Below, piece by piece: positions 49,294 through 61,446 of a stretch of 64,000 nucleotides of DNA (positions are counted from its first letter, which is position 1; each line of letters begins with the position of its first letter). Source of the DNA: Bacilli bacterium (GTDB lineage: Bacteria > Bacillota_I > Bacilli_A > RFN20 > CAG-826). The stretch is from positions 19,697 to 83,696 of the forward strand of contig JAFUXB010000003.1 of the NCBI GenBank assembly GCA_017477255.1, given 5' to 3'. The notes under the pieces were generated by a model. That model saw nothing but the letters and a program-made list of their open reading frames with translations, had not been told where the DNA came from and searched no databases. A program made the position numbers and the translations under genes.

Positions 49294-49899
49294 ATGAAAC
49301 AAAGAAAGAAAGTATTATTAGGATTAATTCTTTCTTGTTCTTTACTTTTAACTAGTTGTGAAGCTGATAAACTTGGTGAAGATATTTCAAGTTCAATTCA
49401 AGAAAATTTAGTACCAAATTTATATTCAACTTTAGCTCAAATATTAGCAACTGCAATAATGTTTACTCTTATTATTGTATTTGCTTATAAACCTGCCAAA
49501 AAGTTTTTAAATAAAAGAAGAGAAAAACTTGATGGTGAGGTAAAAGAAGCATATTCAAAAAATATGGAAGCTTCAAAAAATGTAAAAGCAAGTGAAGAAA
49601 ACCTTGCTTTAAGTAAAGTTGAAGCAAAAAGAATAGTTGATGATGCCACTAAAGAAGCTCACAAAAAAGAAGCTTTAATTTTAGAACAAGCTGAAAATGA
49701 ACGCAAAAAGATCGTAGAAGATGGTCGTCTTCAAATTGAAAAAGAAAGAGAAGAAACTGTCACTGAAATTAAAAATATGGTCGTTGACGTTGCTTTTGAT
49801 GCTTCAGAAAAAATATTAGAACGTGAAATTAACAAAAAAGATAACGAAAAAATTATCGATGATTTTGTCAAAGAAATTAATGAAGATAAGGACAAGTAA
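49294..49899 (+). CDS. atpF: F0F1 ATP synthase subunit b, with lipoprotein-type signal
   Basis: 201 aa. Lipobox LLLTSC at aa 17-22, a TM helix, then a long charged helix. Operon position. Confidence 0.85.
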   Translation: MKQRKKVLLGLILSCSLLLTSCEADKLGEDISSSIQENLVPNLYSTLAQILATAIMFTLIIVFAYKPAKKFLNKRREKLDGEVKEAYSKNMEASKNVKASEENLALSKVEAKRIVDDATKEAHKKEALILEQAENERKKIVEDGRLQIEKEREETVTEIKNMVVDVAFDASEKILEREINKKDNEKIIDDFVKEINEDKDK

Positions 49900-49901
49900 G
49901 A

Positions 49902-50444
49902 ATGACTAACGCATTAACAATAAATTATGCTATTGCTTTATTAGATGCTTCTAAAGAAGAGAAAAAAGATTTATATCTTTTAGAAAAAGAAGTGAGTTTT
50001 TGTGTTGAAATTTTTAAAAATAATAGGGATTTAGCTAGGTTTTTAGAATTAACAACAGTTACTAATGAAGAAAAATATAAGGTTATTGATAATGTATTTA
50101 AAGATTTTGATTCTATCATAGTTAATTTTATTAAACTTATTGTTTTAAGGTCTAGAGCACATTATATTTATGATATTTTTAAAGAAGCAGAAAAGAAATT
50201 TAATGCTTATTTGAAGGTAGAAAAAGTTATTGTTTACTCATCGGAACCTTTATCAATAGAGAACTTAGAAAAAATTAAAAAAGCTTTAGAATCTAAAAAT
50301 AATAAGAGATACGAACTTAAAAACGAAATTGATAAAGCTTTAATTGGAGGTATTAAAGTTGTTACTGAAAACGATATTTATGATGCTTCAGTTAAACAAA
50401 AAATTGAATCAATGAAAAAAGCTCTTTTAAAAGGAGGAAACTGA
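49902..50444 (+). CDS. atpH: F0F1 ATP synthase subunit delta
   Basis: 180 aa, OSCP-like (YAIALLDA ..., C-terminal LIGGIKV). Operon position. Confidence 0.85.
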   Translation: MTNALTINYAIALLDASKEEKKDLYLLEKEVSFCVEIFKNNRDLARFLELTTVTNEEKYKVIDNVFKDFDSIIVNFIKLIVLRSRAHYIYDIFKEAEKKFNAYLKVEKVIVYSSEPLSIENLEKIKKALESKNNKRYELKNEIDKALIGGIKVVTENDIYDASVKQKIESMKKALLKGGN

Positions 50445-50445
50445 T

Positions 50446-51963
50446 ATGCAAATTAAACCAAATGAAATTTCTTCAATAATTAAAGAACAACTTAAACAAT
50501 TTGAATCAAAAATTGAAATGTCTAAAGATATAGGACATGTTATAACAATCGGCGATGGTATCGCTATTGTTTCAGGTCTTGAAGATTGTATGCTTGGTGA
50601 ACTTTTAGTTTTTGGAAGTGATGTTTATGGAATGGCAATGAACCTTGACGAAGATAGTGTTGGTGTTGTTTTACTTGGTGAATCGAAATCAATTAAAGAA
50701 GGTGAAATTGTTAAAAGAACTAAAAAAGTTGTTGAAGTACCAGTTGGTGATGCCTTACTTGGTAGAGTTGTTAATGCTTTAGGTCAACCTTTAGATGGAC
50801 TTGGAGAAATTAAAGCAACAAAAACTATGCCTACTGAAAGAAAAGCTCCATCAATTATGGATAGAGAATCAGTTAATTCTCCTCTTGAAACTGGAATTAA
50901 AGCAATTGATGCAATGATTCCAATTGGAAAAGGACAAAGAGAACTTATCATTGGTGATAGACAAATTGGTAAAACAGCTATTGCAATTGATGCAATTATT
51001 AATCAAAAAGGTAAAAACGTTAATTGTATTTATGTTGCAATTGGTCAAAAGAATTCAAGTGTTGCATCAATTGTTGAAAAATTAAAAGAACACGATGCAA
51101 TGTCATATACAACAGTAGTTAATGCTAGCGCAAGTGAACTTGCTCCTTTACTTTATCTTGCTCCTTATAGTGGAATGACTATGGCAGAAGAATGGATGTA
51201 TCAAGGAAAAGATGTATTAATTATTTTTGATGATTTATATAAACACGCAATTGCTTATCGTGCATTAAGCTTACTTTTAAAAAGAAGTCCAGGTAGAGAA
51301 GCTTTCCCAGGTGATATTTTCTACTTACATTCAAGACTTTTAGAAAGAAGTGCAAAATTAAATAAAGAATTAGGTGGTGGATCAATTACTGCCCTTCCAA
51401 TCGTTGAAACTTTGGCTGGAGATATCAGTGCTTATATTCCAACTAATGTTATTTCAATTACTGATGGACAAATATTCTTACAAACTGATTTATTTAATGC
51501 TGGTCAAAGACCTGCAATTGATAGTGGATTAAGTGTTAGCCGTGTTGGTAGTGCAGCTCAATTTAAAGCAATGAAAAAGGTATCAAATGCTTTAAAAATG
51601 AACCTTGCAAGTTATCAAGAACTTCAAGCTTTTGCTCAATTTGGTAGTGATTTAGATGATTCAACAAAAACTATCTTACATCATGGCGATATTTTAATGG
51701 ATATTTTAAAACAAGAACAATATGCACCTTTATCACTTGATAGATGCGTAATTGAATTATTCTTAGCAAAATATAATTTCTTAGACAAATTAGAAGTCAA
51801 AGATGTTAAAGGATATATAAATGAAGTTTATGATTATATTTCTCAATTCCATAAAGAAATACTCGATAAAATCAATGAAACTCACGATATTAAAAAACCA
51901 GATCGTGATGCATTAAGAGAAATTATTAGAAAATTTGAAGTAGAAAAGGAACTTGTTAAATAA
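50446..51963 (+). CDS. atpA: F0F1 ATP synthase subunit alpha
   Basis: 505 aa. Walker A GDRQIGKT and extensive alpha-subunit conservation. Confidence 0.97.
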   Translation: MQIKPNEISSIIKEQLKQFESKIEMSKDIGHVITIGDGIAIVSGLEDCMLGELLVFGSDVYGMAMNLDEDSVGVVLLGESKSIKEGEIVKRTKKVVEVPVGDALLGRVVNALGQPLDGLGEIKATKTMPTERKAPSIMDRESVNSPLETGIKAIDAMIPIGKGQRELIIGDRQIGKTAIAIDAIINQKGKNVNCIYVAIGQKNSSVASIVEKLKEHDAMSYTTVVNASASELAPLLYLAPYSGMTMAEEWMYQGKDVLIIFDDLYKHAIAYRALSLLLKRSPGREAFPGDIFYLHSRLLERSAKLNKELGGGSITALPIVETLAGDISAYIPTNVISITDGQIFLQTDLFNAGQRPAIDSGLSVSRVGSAAQFKAMKKVSNALKMNLASYQELQAFAQFGSDLDDSTKTILHHGDILMDILKQEQYAPLSLDRCVIELFLAKYNFLDKLEVKDVKGYINEVYDYISQFHKEILDKINETHDIKKPDRDALREIIRKFEVEKELVK

Positions 51964-52826
51964 TGGCAAAAAACATTATCAAAGTTAAAAAGAGAATTGC
52001 TACAGTTAAATCTACTCGTAAAATTACTAACTCAATGAAACTTGTTAGTAGTGTTAAGGTTAGAAAATTAACTAAGGAATATAGTGCAAATTGTGCTTAT
52101 TTTGACGAACTCTTAAAACTTTTTGATAAGTCAATTTTCTATGTCGAAGATGAAAAAATCACCTTTGATTCACCTTATTTAAAAGAAAATAATTCCTCAA
52201 ACAAAACTCTCTATATTATCATTTCTTCAAATATGGGGCTTTGTGGATCATATAATGCAATGTTATTTAAATTCTTTGAAGAAATATATAAAACTGATGA
52301 TGAAATTATTGTTATTGGTAAAAAAGGAATTAACTATTTTAAAGATTTTGAGAAAAAAGAGGCGGATTTTGCAGGGATTTTGCATCATATAAGTATTGAT
52401 GATGTTTACAAATTAACAAATTACATCATGAAAAAATATGAAAGTGGAGAATTTAAAGAAATCAAATTTGTCTATGAAAAATATATCAATTCTTTAAAAT
52501 TCAAACCTTCAACTTTCAAAATTTTGCCTATTGAAGTTAAAACAAAACCTTTTACAGATTCATTTGAACCAATATATGAAGAAGGAAAAAATAACTTTAT
52601 TCAAAGCTTTATTCCTGAATTTGTAAAAAGTTGTGTTTTACATATTTTATATGAAGCAAGTTTAAGTGAAGAAACTAATAGAAGAAATTCTATGGATAAC
52701 GCAAATAAAAATATTGATGAATTATTAAAAGATTTAAATCTTGAATATAACAAAGCTCGTCAAGCAGCCATTACAAATCAAATTAATGAAGTTGTTAGTG
52801 GCGCTCAAGCAATTAAGAATGATTAG
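51963..52826 (+). CDS. atpG: F0F1 ATP synthase subunit gamma
   Basis: 287 aa. N-terminal IKKRIATVKSTRKITNSMKLVS and C-terminal ITNQINEVVSGAQA. Confidence 0.93.
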   Translation: MAKNIIKVKKRIATVKSTRKITNSMKLVSSVKVRKLTKEYSANCAYFDELLKLFDKSIFYVEDEKITFDSPYLKENNSSNKTLYIIISSNMGLCGSYNAMLFKFFEEIYKTDDEIIVIGKKGINYFKDFEKKEADFAGILHHISIDDVYKLTNYIMKKYESGEFKEIKFVYEKYINSLKFKPSTFKILPIEVKTKPFTDSFEPIYEEGKNNFIQSFIPEFVKSCVLHILYEASLSEETNRRNSMDNANKNIDELLKDLNLEYNKARQAAITNQINEVVSGAQAIKND

Positions 52827-54654
<1,828 letters not shown>

Positions 54655-54656
54655 TT

Positions 54657-55853
54657 ATGAAAAATTTTGTTTTTATTTCACCTCATTTTCCTGATAATTT
54701 TTGGAAATTCTGTTTAGCATTAAAAGATAGAGGTTTTAATGTGTTAGGAATTGGCGATGCACCATTTAATGAAATTAGTGATGAGTGCAAATTCGTTTTA
54801 ACTGAATATTATGTTTGTCCAAATATGGATGAATTTGAAAACGAAGTTGAAGCAGTAAGATATTTTAAAGAAAAATATGGACCAATTGATTATCTAGAAT
54901 CAAATAACGAATATTGGCTTGAAAAAGATGCTAAACTTCGTGAAATTTTTGATATTCCTCATGGACCTTATACAAAGCAAGTCCAATATTTTAAAAAGAA
55001 ATCTTTGCAAAAAGAAATTTTAATTAAAAACAATATTAAATGTGCTGATTATACTTTAGATATTACTAAAGAAGGACTTGAAAAATTTGCAAAAAAAGTT
55101 GGTTTTCCAATTTTTGCTAAACCTGATAATGGTGTTGGTGCAATTGGTACATTTAAGATGAATTCTTCTGATGACATCGATGAATTCCTTTCTAAGAAAG
55201 ATGATTCTCAATATATAGCTGAACAATTTATCGATGGAAAAATTATTTCTTTTGATGGAATTTGTAATTCACACAGTGACTTATTATTTTTCACATCACA
55301 CGAATTCTCAGATAACATTTCAAACATTGTAAAAACTGGTGCTGATGAAATGTATTTCTGCACAGGCGACGTTGATGTAACTTTAGAACAATTAGGAAGA
55401 CAAGTTGTTAAAGCATTTAATCTTCAAAATAGATTTTTCCATATCGAATTCTTTATTTTAAATAAAGATCATAAAGGATTAGGAAATAAAGGCGATTATA
55501 TTATTTTAGAACCAAATATGAGACCTGCTGGAGGATATACAACAGATATGATTAACTATGCTAATAGTTTAAACTGTTACACCATTTACGCAGATTCAAT
55601 TGCTTATGATTCAACACTCGAGCAACCTCATGACAAGAAATATTTTGCAATATGTTCTAGTCGTCGATATAATAACTTATATAGATTTAGTGATGAAGAA
55701 ATAATTGAAAAATATGCACCAAATATTTGTATGAGAGGAGTTTTCCCTAAAATCTTAAGTAGTGCTATGGGTGATATTTATTACATTGCTAAATTCAATA
55801 CAAAAGAGGAAATGTTTGAATTCGATAAATACGTTAGAGAAAAAAATAGTTGA
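54657..55853 (+). CDS. ATP-grasp domain protein of unknown specificity
   Basis: 398 aa. ATP-grasp-like central region (KKSLQKEIL..., [21 protein letters not shown]..., [10 protein letters not shown]). The last 3 codons and TGA lie inside repeat copy f. Confidence 0.55.
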   Translation: MKNFVFISPHFPDNFWKFCLALKDRGFNVLGIGDAPFNEISDECKFVLTEYYVCPNMDEFENEVEAVRYFKEKYGPIDYLESNNEYWLEKDAKLREIFDIPHGPYTKQVQYFKKKSLQKEILIKNNIKCADYTLDITKEGLEKFAKKVGFPIFAKPDNGVGAIGTFKMNSSDDIDEFLSKKDDSQYIAEQFIDGKIISFDGICNSHSDLLFFTSHEFSDNISNIVKTGADEMYFCTGDVDVTLEQLGRQVVKAFNLQNRFFHIEFFILNKDHKGLGNKGDYIILEPNMRPAGGYTTDMINYANSLNCYTIYADSIAYDSTLEQPHDKKYFAICSSRRYNNLYRFSDEEIIEKYAPNICMRGVFPKILSSAMGDIYYIAKFNTKEEMFEFDKYVREKNS

Positions 55854-55870
55854 GTTCTGCAGGGTTTTTG
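55843..55870 (+). repeat. Dispersed repeat copy f (full length)
   Basis: AAAATAGTTGAGTTCTGCAGGGTTTTTG. Spans the ATP-grasp stop codon (TGA within TTGAG) and ends 7 nt before the ppa RBS. Confidence 0.9.
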
Positions 55871-55888
55871 TTAAAAAAGGAGAGTTTT

Positions 55889-56422
55889 ATGACTGAAAAA
55901 GAAAGATTTAAAGCGTTTGAAAATAAGCCTCTAAATGAGCTAAGTTTTCATGTTGTTATTGAAATTTCAAAAGGCAGTAAAAACAAATATGAATATGATT
56001 TAGAAACTGGATTTTTAAAACTTGATAGAATTCTTTATACATCTACCCACTATCCTCACAACTATGGATTTGTACCATTAACATTAAGTGAAGATGGTGA
56101 CCCATTAGATGTTTTAGTTGTTTCTAGTGAGCCAATACTTCCAATGTCTATAGTTGAATGTAAAGCTATTGGCTTACTTGAAATGATTGATGGTGGAAGA
56201 ATGGATTATAAACTTATCGCTGTTGCTGTTAATGATCCTTTCTATAATATTTATGATAATATTTCAGATTTACCAAGTCATATTAGTGATGAAATTAGAC
56301 ATTTCTTCACAGTATATAAATCGCTTGAAGGAAAAGTTACAACTATTGGTGAATTAAGAGGTAAAACAAGAGCAAAAGCGGTTTTACAACAATGCGTTGA
56401 AGCTTATCAAAAAGAAAATTAA
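55889..56422 (+). CDS. ppa: Inorganic pyrophosphatase (family I)
   Basis: Start set at ATG 55889 (AAGGAGAG RBS). YPHNYGFVP and DGDPLDVLV motifs. Confidence 0.92.
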   Translation: MTEKERFKAFENKPLNELSFHVVIEISKGSKNKYEYDLETGFLKLDRILYTSTHYPHNYGFVPLTLSEDGDPLDVLVVSSEPILPMSIVECKAIGLLEMIDGGRMDYKLIAVAVNDPFYNIYDNISDLPSHISDEIRHFFTVYKSLEGKVTTIGELRGKTRAKAVLQQCVEAYQKEN

Positions 56423-56451
56423 AAAAAGTAAGTCAATTGACTTACTTTTTT
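56421..56451. terminator. Bidirectional terminator between ppa and the convergent kinase gene
   Basis: Near-perfect palindrome AAAAAAAGTAAGTCAATTGACTTACTTTTTT. Overlaps the stop codon of the minus-strand gene. Confidence 0.8.
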
Positions 56452-57281
56452 GATTCTATTGATTTATTAACTCTGCTTAATTTTTCTAAAGCAATTTGTT
56501 TATAAATTTGAGTTCCTCTACGTTTGTAGTAATAAAGTCCCCAGTAATAGAAAAGTATATCGAGGAAATCTACAAATATAGAAACTCTTTTTCTTTTTAA
56601 ATCGTTTAATCTTGAACCAAAGTAAACACTTAAGAAGTACTCGGCTTGTTTATCATTTAAATTATTTTCACTTATAAAGCTTGCTAAATCAAAATATGGG
56701 TTATTCATACCTGCATATTCCCAATCGATTAAAACTAAGCCGTTAAATTTATATAAAAGATTATTTCTAACTAAATCATTATGGCAAAGAACCATTTTAT
56801 CTTTAGCAAAAATTTTTCTAACTTCCTTGATTACTTGTTTTTCATATTTTTCATCGATATATTGGAAGTCATCAAGTGAGTTTTTATAAACATCAAATCT
56901 ATGGAACATTTGATAACCAAAAGGAACTTTTAATCCTGAATTATGTAATTTTTTCAAAGTTTTAGCAGTAAATAAAATTTGCTCATCAGTAGGAGTTTTT
57001 ACGTAATGTCTAGCTCCATGGACAAATTTAGAAATTTTAGTGCCATCTTTTGTGTCAAAATAAACAATTTTTTCAGAAATATTTAAAGGAGCAATAGTAT
57101 CATAAACTCTTTTTTCTTTGATGTAATCTAATGTTTCGTCTGCATCATCAAGAACAGATCTGAAAGCATAAACATCATTGATGTTGTAATTTTCATTACA
57201 AAAACCTTCCTCGAAAGGAGTACATGTTCTGACTTGTTTGCCAGTTGCTTCAGTAAATCTTTTAATAATTTTTTGTTTCAT
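56442..57281 (-). CDS. Choline/ethanolamine kinase-family phosphotransferase (LicA-like)
   Basis: 279 aa. Brenner motif HNDLVRNNLL and IDWEYAGMNNPYFDLA. Confidence 0.7.
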   Translation of the reverse strand: MKQKIIKRFTEATGKQVRTCTPFEEGFCNENYNINDVYAFRSVLDDADETLDYIKEKRVYDTIAPLNISEKIVYFDTKDGTKISKFVHGARHYVKTPTDEQILFTAKTLKKLHNSGLKVPFGYQMFHRFDVYKNSLDDFQYIDEKYEKQVIKEVRKIFAKDKMVLCHNDLVRNNLLYKFNGLVLIDWEYAGMNNPYFDLASFISENNLNDKQAEYFLSVYFGSRLNDLKRKRVSIFVDFLDILFYYWGLYYYKRRGTQIYKQIALEKLSRVNKSIESKK

Positions 57282-57330
57282 GCCTTAATATAATACACAA
57301 TTTTTTATAAATTGTGTTATTATTTTTGTT

Positions 57331-57855
57331 ATGATTACTATTATTTTATACCAACCAGAAAAACCTTCCAACCTTGGAAACATTATGAGAACTTGTATGG
57401 CTACTGGGTCAAAACTCGTTGTCATTGGTCCTTTAACTTATACTTTAGATGATAAGAGTTTAAAAAGAGCTGGAATGGATTATATAGATGAGCTTGATTT
57501 TGAATTTTATGATTCTTACGATGGCTTCTTAAAAAAATACAAAAACAAAAATATTTATTACGTTACTCGTTATTCTAAAAATTTATATAGTGATGTAGAT
57601 TTTTCTAATGTAGTAGAAGATGTATTTTTAATGTTTGGGAAGGAATCTAGTGGAATCCCACATGATATTTTAAGAGAGAATTTTGAAAAAACCATCAGAA
57701 TTCCGATGGTTATTGATGCTAGAAGCTTAAATTTATCTAATTGTGTCGCTTTAGTTACTTATGAAGTATTAAGACAAAGAAAGTTTTTTGGTTTAGCAAC
57801 ACATGAAACAATTAAAGGCGAAGATTTCTTGTTTGAAGAAGTTAAAAACGATTAA
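57331..57855 (+). CDS. trmL: tRNA 2'-O-methyltransferase TrmL (SpoU/TrmH family)
   Basis: 174 aa. PSNLGNIMRTC, FGKESSGIP and IPM..DARSLNLSN knot motifs. Confidence 0.8.
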   Translation: MITIILYQPEKPSNLGNIMRTCMATGSKLVVIGPLTYTLDDKSLKRAGMDYIDELDFEFYDSYDGFLKKYKNKNIYYVTRYSKNLYSDVDFSNVVEDVFLMFGKESSGIPHDILRENFEKTIRIPMVIDARSLNLSNCVALVTYEVLRQRKFFGLATHETIKGEDFLFEEVKND

Positions 57856-59215
57856 CTTCATTAAATAATTCATTAAAATTGTTTGTTATTTTTCTTATTG
57901 TATAACTTTCATATTTTAATAAATTTACTAAACCTAAAGTACCAGATTTTTTAACATTGCTTATTTTTGTATATTGAAGTTCACCATCATTCTTATTTGA
58001 TAAATAAAGAGCAAGTTCTAAAGCAAAAGTAATAATTTCATCAGATGGATTTTCATCAAAAATAACAACGTGAGATCCATGAAGATCTTTTATATGAACA
58101 AAATAATCATTTTTCCTAGCTAATTTAAATGTTAATTCATTGTTTTGTTTTGCATTTTTTCCAAAACCAATTCTAACTCCATTTTTTAAAAAATAGTAAG
58201 GTTTTGAAGGGTTTTTCTTTAAATTTGCAGGGTTTTTGATTTTAAATTCAACAATTTTTCTTTCTTTAAGTTCGTCAATTAAATCTAAATAATCATCCTC
58301 TTTGTATAAAGAAGTACAGTTTAAAATTGACTCAATATAATCGACTTCATTTTGCGATTCATCAATGTATTGATCAAGCATTTTTAAAGATGTTTTTGCT
58401 TTTTTATAAATCTTAAAAAATTTCTGTGATAAATCAGCAGGATTTAAATTATATTTAGTAATATCAATACCAATTAATTCAGTTGAAGAACCAGGATTTT
58501 CATTTAATTCATCTAAATAAGAAAGAATTAATTCGCCATAATCCTTATAAACTAAATTCTCTTTAGCTTTTTCTTTTTCTTCAATAAGTTTTTTAACTTT
58601 TGTCACTAAAGATTTATGCTTTCTTTTTAAAGAAATTAAGATTGGATTATATTTTTCCTTTAAATATGAATCTTCAATAGTTTTTGGATAATTTGAAACG
58701 AATTCTTCCTTATTAAATTCTTTAAATTCAGATATTTTTTGAGGTGGGAGATAACTTAAACCATGAATTATCGGATGTTTAGTTTCAATTCCTCTATATC
58801 TAAGAGCAAAAGATATTTTATTTTCTTCTAAAAGTATAATATTTGGGTTAGCTTTAAAAAGTTCAACAATTAAAGAATAGTGAATTTTATCATAAGTTTC
58901 AGTTGTTTTGATAAAATCCATTTTAACGATGTTATCACCATTAACTGTGCTAATATCAATAAAATGTGAGTTCAATAATTTATTTTTAATATTGTTTAAA
59001 AAGAAGGTTGTATTTGAGAAATTAATCTTATCATCAATGACGTTTATAAAAGGATAAGTAGTGTTTAAACTGATTATTAAACTTTTGCCTTTCCCTTTTG
59101 AAAAAGAAATAACCAAATCTAATTTACTGGGTGAGTAAATTTTATTTATAAATGAATGCAAAAACTCGTTTTTAATGTTGTTTATGTTTTCAATTAATTT
59201 CTCATAAATGTTCAT
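57842..59215 (-). CDS. NFACT-family protein (RqcH/FbpA-like, short form)
   Basis: 457 aa. N-terminal NFACT-N-like region and C-terminal NFACT-R/DUF814 motif (FVHIKDLHGSHVVIF). 14-nt convergent overlap with trmL. Confidence 0.65.
   Translation of the reverse strand: MNIYEKLIENINNIKNEFLHSFINKIYSPSKLDLVISFSKGKGKSLIISLNTTYPFINVIDDKINFSNTTFFLNNIKNKLLNSHFIDISTVNGDNIVKMDFIKTTETYDKIHYSLIVELFKANPNIILLEENKISFALRYRGIETKHPIIHGLSYLPPQKISEFKEFNKEEFVSNYPKTIEDSYLKEKYNPILISLKRKHKSLVTKVKKLIEEKEKAKENLVYKDYGELILSYLDELNENPGSSTELIGIDITKYNLNPADLSQKFFKIYKKAKTSLKMLDQYIDESQNEVDYIESILNCTSLYKEDDYLDLIDELKERKIVEFKIKNPANLKKNPSKPYYFLKNGVRIGFGKNAKQNNELTFKLARKNDYFVHIKDLHGSHVVIFDENPSDEIITFALELALYLSNKNDGELQYTKISNVKKSGTLGLVNLLKYESYTIRKITNNFNELFNEVNRF
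58222..58239 (+). repeat. Dispersed repeat copy i (core AATTTGCAGGGTTTTTGA), inside a minus-strand CDS
   Basis: Read on the complement as IKNPANL in the NFACT protein, a different frame from copies b/d. Confidence 0.7.
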
Positions 59216-59260
59216 AATAATATTTTAAAAGTATTATAGAAATAAATCTACAAATTTATA

Positions 59261-59289
59261 AAAATAGTTAAGATTTGCAGGGTTATTGA
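59261..59289 (+). repeat. Dispersed repeat copy j (full length, 3 mismatches to copy g)
   Basis: AAAATAGTTAAGATTTGCAGGGTTATTGA, in the spacer between the apt terminator and the NFACT gene start. Confidence 0.85.
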
Positions 59290-59290
59290 A

Positions 59291-59317
59291 TAAAAAAGCA
59301 GTGATTTTACTCACTGC
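59291..59317 (-). terminator. Rho-independent terminator of apt
   Basis: Stem GCAGTGA / TCACTGC. On the minus strand it is followed by TTTTTTATT. Confidence 0.75.
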
Positions 59318-59335
59318 ATATTGGTAAACTAATTT

Positions 59336-59878
59336 TTATTCACCTTCAAATTTTACAAGTGATATAACAGGAATTTTTGCTTGCTCTTCAATTAATTGTC
59401 TTCCTTTTAAATCTGGCAATTCAATATAGAAAGCAGCACATACTGGATTTCCTTTTGCCATTTTAACTAAATTAATCATTGCTAATGAGCTTCCACCAGT
59501 TGCAAGAAGATCATCTAAAATTAAACATTTTTCTCCTTCTTTAATTGCATCATCAGAAATAACTAATTTGTTTTGTCCATATTCTAAAGTGTAGGAATAT
59601 GATAAGCCTGGTCTAGGAAGTTTGTTTGGTTTTCTAGCAACTACAATCCCTTTACCCATTTTATAAGCTAAAGCAGCACCGAACAAAAATCCTCTAGCTT
59701 CAGCACATACGATTTTATCGAACTCATATTTGCTTACTTCAGCTTCTAAAGCATCAATACATTCCTTGAATGCTTTAGGATTTTCTAAAGTAGGAGTAAT
59801 GTCTCTAAAGATAATTCCTTTAATTGGAAAGTCGTAAACATTTGCGACATATTGTTCAAAAAAATTTTGGTAATTCAT
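59336..59878 (-). CDS. apt: Adenine phosphoribosyltransferase
   Basis: Start set at ATG 59878 (AGAGGTG RBS). PRPP motif LILDDLLATGGS. Confidence 0.92.
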   Translation of the reverse strand: MNYQNFFEQYVANVYDFPIKGIIFRDITPTLENPKAFKECIDALEAEVSKYEFDKIVCAEARGFLFGAALAYKMGKGIVVARKPNKLPRPGLSYSYTLEYGQNKLVISDDAIKEGEKCLILDDLLATGGSSLAMINLVKMAKGNPVCAAFYIELPDLKGRQLIEEQAKIPVISLVKFEGE

Positions 59879-59984
59879 GTTTTCACCTCTCACAAATACT
59901 ATTCTAGCAAACTTTTAAAAATTAAAAATTTATTTCTTTACTTTTTAGCTTTTTCTTTCCATAATGATTATGTCGATGGTGATC

Positions 59985-60055
59985 GACTTCGTATAATTCC
60001 CTAATTGGTGGGTAAGTCTCTACACTTGACCGTATAATCAAGTACTACGAATTAA
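59985..60055 (+). promoter_or_regulatory. Purine riboswitch aptamer, guanine class
   Basis: CTTCGTATAAT-TCCCTAATTGGTGGG-TAAGTCTCTAC-ACTTGACCGTATAATCAAGT-ACT-ACGAA. Three-way junction with the U47/U51 equivalents in J2/3 and C (not U) at the position 74 equivalent. Confidence 0.8.
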
Positions 60056-60104
60056 CTTTTTTGATTTTTTTACGTTGAGTCATAAAAAGTTTGTTTCCAG
60101 TAGA

Positions 60105-60135
60105 GGCTCCTAAATTGGAGCTGTTTTTTATTTTT
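60105..60135 (+). terminator. Riboswitch expression-platform terminator (weak)
   Basis: Stem GGCTCC / GGAGCT (one G-U pair), then GTTTTTTATTTTT, just upstream of the RBS AAGGAGG. Confidence 0.5.
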
Positions 60136-60155
60136 AAAGGAGGTAGAAAAAACAC

Positions 60156-61403
60156 ATGAAAAAATTATCACGAATTTTCTTAGCCGTTTTATCAGGAGCA
60201 ATGATGTCTTTAGCAGGATGTTCAGAAGTTAAAGCCAAAGTTTACGAAAAAGGTAAACCAGTCAAAATCGGTTTAATCTGCTTACATGACAATCAATCAA
60301 CTTATGATAAGAATTTTATCGATGCAATGGGCGAAGCTGCCAAAAATTTAGGTGCATCTAAAGTTGATGGCGAACCAATTATTAAAACAGGTATTGGTGA
60401 AGACAATAACTGTTATAATGCTGCAAGAGATTTAGTTAAACAAGGTTGTAACGTTATTTTCGCAGACTCGTTTGGACATGAATCATTTATGTTAAAAGCT
60501 GCTAAAAAATGGCCTGAAGTTACATTCTGCCACGCTACTGGAACACAAGCAAAAACAGCAAATGTTAGTAATTATCACAATGCATTCGCATCAATTTATG
60601 AAGGTCGTTATTTAGCAGGTTATGCTGCAGGATTAAGACTTGCTGCAATGTCCGCAAATGGTGAACTTAAAGCCGAAAACTTTGATAAAGATGGAAATAT
60701 TAAACTTGGATATATTGGTGCTTTCCAATATGCTGAAGTTATTTCTGGTTATACATCATGGTATTTAGGTGTCAAAGAAGTAGTGCCAAATGTTGTAATG
60801 GATGTTACATTTACTAAATCATGGTATGATCCAGTTGCTGAAGAAGCTGGTGCAACAACTTTAATTGATAGAGGCGCTGCTTTAATTTCTCAACACGCTG
60901 ACTCAATGGGTGCTCCAGGAAAATGTGAAGTCGCTGGTGTCCCAAATGTTTCTTACAATATTTCAACTAACGCTGATTGTCCAAAAACTTATACAGCTTT
61001 CTCAAAAATTAACTGGGCTCCATATTATGAAGCAGTAATTAATTCATTATTTGAAGGAAAACCAATCGCTGGTGAAGTTAACAACAACTTTACTGGTACT
61101 CTTGATACTGATTCAGTTCAATATGATGCAAAAGATCAAAACGCTAAAGTAGCTTGTGAAGTTATTAAAGCTGAACTTGAAGCAGGAACAAGAAAAGTAT
61201 TTGATTGCTCAAAATTCACTGTTGAAGGTGAACATCTTACTTCCTATTTAGCAGATGTTGATGATTTTGGTGATTTTGTGAAAGAAACTGAAGCTATCAA
61301 AACTGAAGGTGGAATCACTTTCTTTGATGAATCAGCTCTACGTAGTGCTCCATACTTCGATATCGCAATCGATGGAATCACAACTTTAAATAGCGGATTT
61401 TAA
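60156..61403 (+). CDS. BMP-family (PnrA/NupN-like) nucleoside-binding lipoprotein
   Basis: 415 aa. Signal peptide with lipobox SLAGC. BMP family pattern. Followed by ABC ATPase and permease genes. Confidence 0.82.
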   Translation: MKKLSRIFLAVLSGAMMSLAGCSEVKAKVYEKGKPVKIGLICLHDNQSTYDKNFIDAMGEAAKNLGASKVDGEPIIKTGIGEDNNCYNAARDLVKQGCNVIFADSFGHESFMLKAAKKWPEVTFCHATGTQAKTANVSNYHNAFASIYEGRYLAGYAAGLRLAAMSANGELKAENFDKDGNIKLGYIGAFQYAEVISGYTSWYLGVKEVVPNVVMDVTFTKSWYDPVAEEAGATTLIDRGAALISQHADSMGAPGKCEVAGVPNVSYNISTNADCPKTYTAFSKINWAPYYEAVINSLFEGKPIAGEVNNNFTGTLDTDSVQYDAKDQNAKVACEVIKAELEAGTRKVFDCSKFTVEGEHLTSYLADVDDFGDFVKETEAIKTEGGITFFDESALRSAPYFDIAIDGITTLNSGF

Positions 61404-61415
61404 TTAAGTTTTAAT

Positions 61416-61446
61416 AAGGGTTGGTTAACGCCAACCCTTTCTTTTA
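61416..61446 (+). terminator. Intra-operon hairpin/attenuator between the binding-protein and ATPase genes
   Basis: Stem AAGGGTTGG / CCAACCCTT, loop TTAACG, then TCTTTTAT running into ATG 61446. Confidence 0.6.

Noticed and set aside
52361-52388. Mini tandem duplication GGATTTTGCA-GGGATTTTGCA in atpG as a slippage or phase-variation site.
   Set aside because: There are only two imperfect 10-nt units, in frame, within an essential gene. It is more simply a degenerate core copy or chance.
59985-60055. 2'-deoxyguanosine-specific riboswitch variant (as in Mesoplasma), considered because the host looks Mollicute-like and the operon transports nucleosides.
   Set aside because: The J2/3 sequence keeps the U at the position equivalent to U51 (AAGTCTCTAC), and the only change is at the non-conserved flipped-out position. 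This fits the ordinary guanine class; ligand probing would be needed to say more.
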